Shown here: one piece after another, positions 46,352 to 51,750 of the stretch | Numbering within the stretch: position 1 is the stretch's first letter | Layout: each line of letters begins with the position of its first letter | NCBI GenBank assembly: GCA_964555945.1 | Contig: CAZKUL010000002.1 | Span: 1 to 51,750 of the forward strand | Reading direction: 5' to 3' | Origin: an uncultured Planctomycetales bacterium | Lineage (GTDB): Bacteria > Omnitrophota > Gorgyraeia > Zapsychrales > Fredricksoniimonadaceae | Length of the DNA: 51,750 nucleotides | Program-made: the position numbers and the translations under genes | The notes under the pieces: generated by a model | Databases searched by the model: none | The model's input: the letters and a program-made list of their open reading frames with translations, nothing else | Told to the model about the DNA's origin: nothing

Positions 46352-46780
46352 TTATACAGAATGAATCACATGAACCACCACTCCCCACACTTCAAAATCC
46401 ATGCTGTCATTTATTTCAATAGGACCATATTTAGGATTCTCGGATACCAAAGACAACTTATCTCCCCTTTTACTGATCCTTTTAACGGTAAATTCCCCAT
46501 TAACAACGGCGACAATAATACGTTTATCTTTGGGTTCAAGGGAACGGTCAACAATGAGGATATCGCCGGAATTTATGCCGGCCCCTACCATCGAATCCCC
46601 TTTGACCTTCACAAAAAAAGTCGAGGCCGGATGTTTGATTAAATACTCATTCAAATCTAATTTCTTGTCTAAATAATCTTCTGCTGGGGAAGGGAAACCA
46701 GCCTTAATGCGGGATAGGTAAAGCGGCAGCTGCTGCTGGACGGTTGTATCAGCTTTAAAGATGTCTGTGATTTTTACCAT
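46352..46780 (-). CDS. umuD: UmuD/LexA-type S24 self-cleaving peptidase
   Basis: The start is taken as the ATG at 46780 (the track start at 46807 is TTG). An AG cleavage site (IKAGFPSPAEDY), the Ser motif GDSM and a Lys in FTVKRI are present. Confidence 0.88.
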   Translation of the reverse strand: MVKITDIFKADTTVQQQLPLYLSRIKAGFPSPAEDYLDKKLDLNEYLIKHPASTFFVKVKGDSMVGAGINSGDILIVDRSLEPKDKRIIVAVVNGEFTVKRISKRGDKLSLVSENPKYGPIEINDSMDFEVWGVVVHVIHSV

Positions 46781-46788
46781 GTGCCGTA

Positions 46789-46817
46789 ACTTTACTCCCC
46801 GGCCCAAAAATGGTCAA
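46789..46817 (-). promoter_or_regulatory. Sigma70-like promoter for umuDC
   Basis: The minus strand reads TTGACC (46817-46812), a 17-nt spacer, then TAAAGT (46794-46789). Only 8 nt separate the -10 from the ATG, so the mRNA would have a very short leader or none. Confidence 0.4.
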
Positions 46818-46823
46818 GAAAAA

Positions 46824-47012
46824 TCAAGGATGGGCCACAAGATCAGCAAATAACGCTGTTTGGCTGGCGGGTTTGATGGAAAGAATGACCGGGTCAAGGC
46901 CTTCCATATTACTGCTAAACTGGGCCAGGTCTTGTTGGCTCAACATAGGTATGCCGTTGCCGTCACGCTTGATGGTCATGGCTAGGTTAGCGGAGTTTAG
47001 GTCGATACCACC
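46824..47012 (-). pseudogene. Orphan C-terminal module of the large exported paralog family (third, decayed copy)
   Basis: The minus-strand frame gives GGIDLNSANLAMTIKRDGNGIPMLSQQDLAQFSSNMEGLDPVILSIKPASQTALFADLVAHP*. This aligns with the last ~60 aa of 13168..15486 (GGIDF...RRDGSGVP..LSNQDPA...GLEPHI..IQPAT) and of 4516..7830. No upstream body of the gene is present. Confidence 0.65.
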
Positions 47013-47014
47013 AT

Positions 47015-47299
47015 ACTGGCCGTTATCAATCCGTCTTCCATAATACCTGCTTGAAGATAACGTCGGATAAGCTTTGTGATTCGCTCGTCCTTCACCTTTC
47101 GCTCAACCCTATCCATCAGAATGTCGTGATTAACTGTGTCAAAGAACTTCCCAAGTCAATGTCTACCACCCAACGCCGTCCTTGCGCCACATATGCTCGT
47201 GCTGCTTCAACCGCTTGTTGCGCATTCCTGCCAGGGCGATAGCCGTACTCGACTGTAAGGGACTTGCACCCTCTAGTAAACGCGCCCTGCCGGGCGCAC
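47015..47299 (-). mobile_element. Group II intron remnant: truncated, frameshifted reverse-transcriptase fragment
   Basis: The minus strand encodes YGYRPGRNAQQAVEAARAYVAQGRRWVVDIDL. After a 1-nt frame change near 47150-47160 it continues LGKFFDTVNHDILMDRVERKVKDERITKLIRRYLQAGIMEDG, which are typical intron-encoded RT blocks. The N-terminal RT, the YADD region and the maturase are missing. GTGCGCCC at 47299 resembles an intron 5' end. Confidence 0.7.
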
Positions 47300-47304
47300 A
47301 ATAG

Positions 47305-47333
47305 AAAAAAACACCCGACCTTTCGATTGGGTG
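47305..47333 (-). terminator. Rho-independent terminator after the small His-rich lipoprotein gene
   Basis: The minus strand reads CACCCAATCG-AAA-GGTCGGGTG (one mismatch) followed by TTTTTTT. Confidence 0.65.
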
Positions 47334-47368
47334 CTTCTTAAGGATTGCGCCTTCTGCTGGCTTAAAGT

Positions 47369-47518
47369 TTATCGGTCATGCACATGCACTATGAGGGCAT
47401 CGTCATGATGATGATACCAATAGGGATGGTACCGGCGATCTCCGGAATAGTAAACACAACCTGTACATTCAATGACTAAGGCAAGACTGAGGGCTATCTG
47501 TAACGTTCTTTTAAGCAT
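47369..47518 (-). CDS. Small His-rich lipoprotein (not in the ORF track, 49 aa)
   Basis: A GGAGGA SD precedes the ATG at 47518. The sequence is MLKRTLQIALSLALVIECTGCVYYSGDRRYHPYWYHHHDDALIVHVHDR. The N-terminus and the V.VH.H tail parallel 32173..32340. Confidence 0.6.
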   Translation of the reverse strand: MLKRTLQIALSLALVIECTGCVYYSGDRRYHPYWYHHHDDALIVHVHDR

Positions 47519-47658
47519 ACATCCTCCACTGTCTAACTGTTAGTTCTGCGGTCCGGTTTAGGACAGCTTTCCTGGATAGTTATAACAGGACGAACATTAA
47601 GATACGATGAAAAAACCGGGACAAATGATTACGAGACGGATGCCCCCCGAGTGTCGTG

Positions 47659-48150
47659 TTATTTACGTGCCCCAAGTTCATGGTCAAATGCGTCTATCCC
47701 CTCTGTGGTGTCCTTAATAAACTTAAACCTCTCAACGTTATTGTTAGCCGTATCTTCTTCCTCGACTTGTTCAGTAACAAACCACTGAAGCATAATTTCT
47801 GTAGCATGATCGTGCTCGTCTTTCGCCATATCCATAAGATCATTGATCTGAGCACTTACCTTTAACTCCTGCGCATAAGCGGCTTCAAAGACTGACAAAA
47901 ATGACTTCCATTGATTTTCGGGCGCCTCAACAGCCAGCAAAATGACTTTTCCCCCTCTCGAAATGAGATATTCGTATAGCTTCATCGCATGCTTGAATTC
48001 CTCGTTTGATTGAATTTTATACCACTTGGTAAATCCAGGCATATGATGAGATTCAAAATAAGCGGCCATGGATAAATAAGAATAAAAAGCGCTGAATTCT
48101 ACATTAACTTGTTTATTAAGGGCTTTTTCAATTTTTGGTTTTATCATCAT
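47659..48150 (-). CDS. ftn: Ferritin (non-haem, Ftn type)
   Basis: 163 aa. The segments LNKQVNVEFSAFYSYLSMAAYF, NEEFKHAMKLYEYL and LQWFVTEQVEEE carry the ferroxidase-centre E/H pattern. Confidence 0.9.
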   Translation of the reverse strand: MMIKPKIEKALNKQVNVEFSAFYSYLSMAAYFESHHMPGFTKWYKIQSNEEFKHAMKLYEYLISRGGKVILLAVEAPENQWKSFLSVFEAAYAQELKVSAQINDLMDMAKDEHDHATEIMLQWFVTEQVEEEDTANNNVERFKFIKDTTEGIDAFDHELGARK

Positions 48151-48725
48151 AGACGCCCCATTGATACTTTCTTCCCATTATTTTTCTTTTGAATCAAGCT
48201 TATCTTTTGCCTGGGTTTTTTCTTTATGTCTGAACTGCCTTTAACCGTTTGCTCTTTGTTCTTTAATTGTTGATCTATGCCAATTGCCTTATGGGGGGGC
48301 AGGCCATTGATCTTGCGTGCCACGATAAAATCCTTTTCAGAAAGTCCGCCCGCATCATGTGTTGTCAGCGCAACGCGCAGGTTACGATATTGTGTCAAAT
48401 GAATATCCGGATGATGTTTTTCATCTTCGGCGATCAGGGCGATACGATCAATTAAATCAATGGCAGTCATAAAATCCTGCAAGATGAATTCACGGTAGAT
48501 CATTTTGTGGTCGTCAGTTGATTGCCAACCATCGAGATTCTTTAAAGATTCCCGGGCTTTGTTGGCTGTGACTACGGAGGGAGTTTCAACTTCTCTCTTT
48601 AATGTTTTCTTTTGTTCTTTAGGAACCCTGTCTTGATGTTCTTTTTGGTATACAAAATCAGTCTTATATTGGGGCATTGAAAATATCCTGTCTTTGTGTG
48701 AATTCTTTCTATCGGGTTTATGCAT
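48147..48725 (-). CDS. Pterin-4a-carbinolamine dehydratase (PCD/DCoH) domain protein with Lys-rich extensions
   Basis: 192 aa. The core LDGWQ...FILQDFMTAIDLIDRIALIAEDEKHHPDIHLTQYRNLRVALTTHDAGGLSEKDF is flanked by ~60-aa N-terminal and ~50-aa C-terminal basic tails. Its stop overlaps the ferritin start by 4 nt. Confidence 0.8.
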   Translation of the reverse strand: MHKPDRKNSHKDRIFSMPQYKTDFVYQKEHQDRVPKEQKKTLKREVETPSVVTANKARESLKNLDGWQSTDDHKMIYREFILQDFMTAIDLIDRIALIAEDEKHHPDIHLTQYRNLRVALTTHDAGGLSEKDFIVARKINGLPPHKAIGIDQQLKNKEQTVKGSSDIKKKPRQKISLIQKKNNGKKVSMGRL

Positions 48726-48865
48726 ATGATCTGCCTTTCATTAATGGTGGGTCGTGACCACCCTTTCGTTTTTTCTCTCCCCACCTTGTCTTAATACATA
48801 CAAAATGGGGAGAGAAATAAGGCAACTACTGCTTCCTAGGCCTTAGTTACCAATATATTTGAATC

Positions 48866-49345
48866 CTACCTATCAGTCGGTAAACCGGCTTGGGACCATT
48901 CTTTAATGCCGCCTTCATAAGCTTTAACCTTAAAGCCTTTGGCCGCAAGTTTCTCAGCTGCTTTCATAGAAGCATCACATTCAGAACTTGCACAATAGGT
49001 CACAACTTCTTTGGTTTTATCCAACTCACCCAAACGGCCATTTAATTGTTCCAAAGGAATCTTCTTAGAGCCCTTGATAAATCCCTTGCCATAATCCTTG
49101 GTGCTTAAAACATTAACCACTTGGAACCCATGATTACTGTTTATTTTTTCTAAAAGCTGTTCTTTACTGATGGTTTGTACGTTAGACTTATTATCATTCG
49201 CATAATCATGCTCTTTAACAGTAGAACAGCAACCTTCTTCCTTTGTCGCTGAACTGGCCCCCTTTATCTGCACAGGTTGATTTAATGTTTCTGTGCTTCC
49301 CCGGCTAGATTGCTCTTTATGCTGTGTTGGTTGGTTCATCACCAC
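48866..49345 (-). CDS. Rhodanese-domain protein
   Basis: 159 aa. A single rhodanese fold has the active-site loop YCASSEC. A Cys-containing N-terminal extension is present and the start is uncertain. Confidence 0.8.
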   Translation of the reverse strand: MVMNQPTQHKEQSSRGSTETLNQPVQIKGASSATKEEGCCSTVKEHDYANDNKSNVQTISKEQLLEKINSNHGFQVVNVLSTKDYGKGFIKGSKKIPLEQLNGRLGELDKTKEVVTYCASSECDASMKAAEKLAAKGFKVKAYEGGIKEWSQAGLPTDR

Positions 49346-49532
49346 CCCCTGTTATACTTGTTGATGGAAAAGGCATTGATTCATGGGACCTGCCTGACAA
49401 GAAATCTTCTGCAATATCTTGAAACAACCATCTAAATTCTTCTTTAGCAATGGATGCTTCCTCCATAGTTGCTGCATTCATCTCCGGTTCGTACCAGCTT
49501 GAAGACGGGTAATACGGTTCTTTTGATTTCAT
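49317..49532 (-). CDS. Hypothetical small acidic protein
   Basis: 71 aa with no recognisable domain. It overlaps the rhodanese ORF by 29 nt. Confidence 0.4.
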   Translation of the reverse strand: MKSKEPYYPSSSWYEPEMNAATMEEASIAKEEFRWLFQDIAEDFLSGRSHESMPFPSTSITGGGDEPTNTA

Positions 49533-49592
49533 AAAAACCCTCTTTCTGACTTTATCTTAATGATTGCATTCTAGGGATTGGGCCAAAATGAA

Positions 49593-49613
49593 TCAATTGA
49601 ACTGAGGTATAAC
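49593..49613 (-). promoter_or_regulatory. Copy of the 21-nt intergenic motif
   Basis: tcaattgaactgaggtataac, 60 nt upstream of the start at 49532. Confidence 0.5.
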
Positions 49614-49620
49614 CTGCTAT

Positions 49621-49920
49621 TTACCTTTGTGTATTTGGGTTTCCTTCGTTAATAAAACTTAACGAGTCCTGATCGATATTTCTTAAAATTCGTTCTGCTT
49701 CTAACCAGTTATCCAAGGCATCTCCTCCTTTTTTATCATGAATTTGATAGGCCCTAAGCTGTATCAAAGGGCTATCAACGGCAGTCTTCGGTTGAATATC
49801 ACCGGAATCCATTAAATCATTTGCTTGATAAGGACTGCTCCCATAATGAAATGGGGCTGAACCGTGCCCTTTATCAGCGATTTGCTCTGCCATGCTCTTA
49901 AGATGTGTATATTTCGGCAT
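49621..49920 (-). CDS. DUF2934-like small protein
   Basis: 99 aa. The C-terminal segment LRAYQIHDKKGGDALDNWLEAERIL matches the DUF2934 signature as I remember it. Confidence 0.65.
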   Translation of the reverse strand: MPKYTHLKSMAEQIADKGHGSAPFHYGSSPYQANDLMDSGDIQPKTAVDSPLIQLRAYQIHDKKGGDALDNWLEAERILRNIDQDSLSFINEGNPNTQR

Positions 49921-50063
49921 TTTTCTTCTTTATCCGTTATTGAATCGTTTGACTAACTGATTACCCCTTAAGCACTCAAATGAGGGACAAAATACCGAAA
50001 CTTGATTTTTGTCGAATGTTCTCTCCAATGCATAGCTGATTGTATTCTTGGGGGCAGAGAGTA

Positions 50064-50084
50064 TCAATTGTACTGGGGTATAAT
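50064..50084 (-). promoter_or_regulatory. Copy of the 21-nt intergenic motif
   Basis: tcaattgtactggggtataat. Confidence 0.6.
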
Positions 50085-50145
50085 GGGATGCAGCGACGGA
50101 GGTGAGAATAATGGGGTGACCCGCAAGGGACAGGGTTGCAGTTTT

Positions 50146-50292
50146 TTACATCATGGTTCTACGATACAAAAAATAAATACCTAAAATAAAAATGACTAAA
50201 AATACGGTCAGAAAAACCTTAAAAAGGTCCCAATCTGAACCCTCAAAGTGAAAATGACCATGGGAAATAATATGTCCCCACCCAAACATCAT
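50146..50292 (-). CDS. Small single-TM protein (not in the ORF track, 48 aa)
   Basis: A GTAGGAGGTC SD precedes the ATG at 50292. The sequence is MMFGWGHIISHGHFHFEGSDWDLFKVFLTVFLVIFILGIYFLYRRTMM. Confidence 0.55.
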   Translation of the reverse strand: MMFGWGHIISHGHFHFEGSDWDLFKVFLTVFLVIFILGIYFLYRRTMM

Positions 50293-50354
50293 GACCTCCT
50301 ACATAACATCAAACCTCAATGCCAAACTACTTCGGTTGAGGAAGAGTATCGCGA

Positions 50355-50666
50355 TTAGCCATCTTTATTATCAATTGCATCCTGTAAATATCCCAAAACT
50401 ATTTTAATCATTTCCTTAACTTTATCATTGCAGTCCTTAAATAATAATATGTCTAGAACATCATCTCCATATTGTCTAACTGGATCACTTATGAGTGAAT
50501 GAATAAATGATTGCGATGCTCTATCTATTTTTTCAAAATTGAGAATCACCTTATTCTTCTTTTCTAACTCAGGCATAATCTCCTCTATACGGATTCTTTT
50601 GCCAATGTCCTTGTTCTCGGCGAAGTCTTTTTTACCAATTTTTTTATAAATATTAATTTCTCTCAT
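50355..50666 (-). CDS. STAS-like (DUF4325-type) small protein
   Basis: 103 aa. The segment VILNFEKIDRASQSFIHSLI fits the STAS-like DUF4325 pattern from memory. Its start overlaps the ATPase stop by 4 nt (ATGA). Confidence 0.55.
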   Translation of the reverse strand: MREINIYKKIGKKDFAENKDIGKRIRIEEIMPELEKKNKVILNFEKIDRASQSFIHSLISDPVRQYGDDVLDILLFKDCNDKVKEMIKIVLGYLQDAIDNKDG

Positions 50667-51616
50667 AAGAATTTAGCCTTTTTATGTTTTTTCTTTGTTT
50701 TTCTCAATTCATAATAAATGTCTCTAATAGCATCTAACAATTCAGAATACTCTCGAGTCTGATCTAGACTCATATCAATACCGACTAGTGTCCCCTGCCA
50801 ATACGGCAATTCCTCTGACTTAGAATGACGGTCTTGGAAGGGATCCGCATTAAGTTTGATTTTATTACCTTTTTGAGCTAACAATTTATAGAAACCATGT
50901 CCACTATACACAACGAAAAAATCTCTATTTAGATTTGCTATAGACTTAATAAAGAATAAGCCTGCACCAGCATTTTGTGCTGTTCCTCCAGGAGCGCTAG
51001 TTGTACCGGTAATACCTGGCCATAAGGCTAAATGGATGGCATCTAAATCTGTATTTGCAGTATGGGATTGGTTAATGGTTTTCTTTATCCCAACACCTGT
51101 ATCTGCGATTCCTATACGAATAGTATTACTTTTTGTATAAAATTGAGCAGATAATATGGCTCCATTATCTGATGAAGAATGTTCAAGAACATTTCTCCCA
51201 AGTTCGCTTATAATGTACCCAATAGTTTTAGATTGTTCCGGATCTGAATGAAGAAGGGGAATCATATCAGTAATAAACTCTGCCAATTCATCTGACGTGC
51301 GGACTTGTTTAAGCGGAATAAATCTTCCTTCAGGGGCATGTTCTTGTATAACAGTGCCACAAGAGATGTTAAGTAATTTATATAGGCCCATTCTTACAAA
51401 ATAGTGGCTTGATCTCGCAACCAGCTTATCAATATGGATATTTTCGGGTTTTACAGTTAATCCAAGGGCAGCGATCATGGACAAAACCAGTGGATGTACT
51501 GACATCCAATTAGGATTGAGTGTTATATGCAATGAGTCTGGGTCAGTAGGATCAAATCCTTTCAGAAAAGGATCTATGTTGCCAAGAAAGGCACTATTGG
51601 GAACATGTATTTTCAT
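50663..51616 (-). CDS. GHKL-superfamily ATPase (RsbW/SpoIIAB-like Bergerat fold) with an uncharacterised N-domain
   Basis: 317 aa. The N-box is SELGRNVLEHS, G1 is IADTGVGI and G2 is NAGAGLFFI. No His-kinase H-box is present. Confidence 0.7.
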   Translation of the reverse strand: MKIHVPNSAFLGNIDPFLKGFDPTDPDSLHITLNPNWMSVHPLVLSMIAALGLTVKPENIHIDKLVARSSHYFVRMGLYKLLNISCGTVIQEHAPEGRFIPLKQVRTSDELAEFITDMIPLLHSDPEQSKTIGYIISELGRNVLEHSSSDNGAILSAQFYTKSNTIRIGIADTGVGIKKTINQSHTANTDLDAIHLALWPGITGTTSAPGGTAQNAGAGLFFIKSIANLNRDFFVVYSGHGFYKLLAQKGNKIKLNADPFQDRHSKSEELPYWQGTLVGIDMSLDQTREYSELLDAIRDIYYELRKTKKKHKKAKFL

Positions 51617-51626
51617 GCTTGAATTC

Positions 51627-51676
51627 TACCGGGAATCCCGGTAAAAATCAAGCAAATTTTACCGGGATTCCCGGTA
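51627..51676. promoter_or_regulatory. Twin 17-bp palindromes TACCGGGA(A/T)TCCCGGTA
   Basis: Copies at 51627-51643 and 51660-51676 differ only at the central base and repeat with a 33-nt period. The first lies 11 nt upstream of the GHKL start. Confidence 0.6.
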
Positions 51677-51685
51677 ATGTTTAAA

Positions 51686-51750
51686 CTAAGAAAGTGTTTT
51701 CGCAATCCACCAACGCATCACTGCGACAATCGACCAGATAATATCAACAA
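51686..51750 (-). CDS. 3' end of a gene entering from the right edge
   Basis: The minus-strand frame gives ...VDIIWSIVAVMRWWIAKTLS*. It is hydrophobic, and only 21 codons are visible. Confidence 0.3.
   Translation of the reverse strand, partial: VDIIWSIVAVMRWWIAKTLS

Noticed and set aside
46810-47242. Plus-strand ORFs 46810..47043 and 47051..47242 as genes
   Set aside because: They are antisense to the two minus-strand homology tracts (the paralog C-terminal module and the intron RT fragment), which explain the open frames.
48746-48775. Hairpin ggtgggtcgtgaccaccc followed by a T-rich run, as a terminator
   Set aside because: The T-run follows the hairpin only on the plus strand, where there is no gene to terminate. 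On the minus strand it is preceded by an A-run instead.

Overview
About 52 kb of bacterial chromosome with no rRNA, tRNA or CRISPR array visible. All but one of about 55 credible genes lie on the minus strand. Recognisable housekeeping genes are a dnaG-like 5' end, cvpA, smc, pyk, a GH1 glycosidase, a Wzx-type flippase, and cydAB next to a PoxB-like TPP enzyme. Between them are: (i) two large paralogous exported modular proteins of unknown function, plus a decayed third copy. (ii) A long run of small stress and envelope genes: YqjD/ElaB-like, YqjE-like, BON/OsmY-like, DUF1328-like, GlsB/YeaQ-like, an LTXXQ protein, DUF2934-like, ferritin, a low-affinity iron permease-like protein and four His-rich secreted proteins or lipoproteins. 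(iii) Two REC-HK-REC signalling cassettes. (iv) Two lipid-remodelling clusters: GtrA / ACP-PlsC / GT4, and MarR / LplT-PlsC-Aas fusion / hydrolase / LbH transferase / DUF2339-like. (v) umuDC next to a group II intron remnant. (vi) A visibly AT-rich GHKL-ATPase plus STAS-like gene pair at the right edge. The non-coding layer is unusually rich. A 21-nt near-palindromic motif occurs 7 to 8 times in one orientation upstream of stress-type genes. Two families of hairpin repeats fill intergenic gaps, and some units are inserted in frame into smc and one large paralog. The leads I rank highest are the motif (candidate regulon signal), the exported paralog family with its shared C-terminal GGID module, and the GHKL + STAS-like pair guarded by twin 17-bp palindromes. 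All domain calls rest on motif recognition by eye; no searches or computations were run. Several ORF-track starts are TTG/GTG read-through into repeats and were moved to internal ATGs with SD-like sequences.
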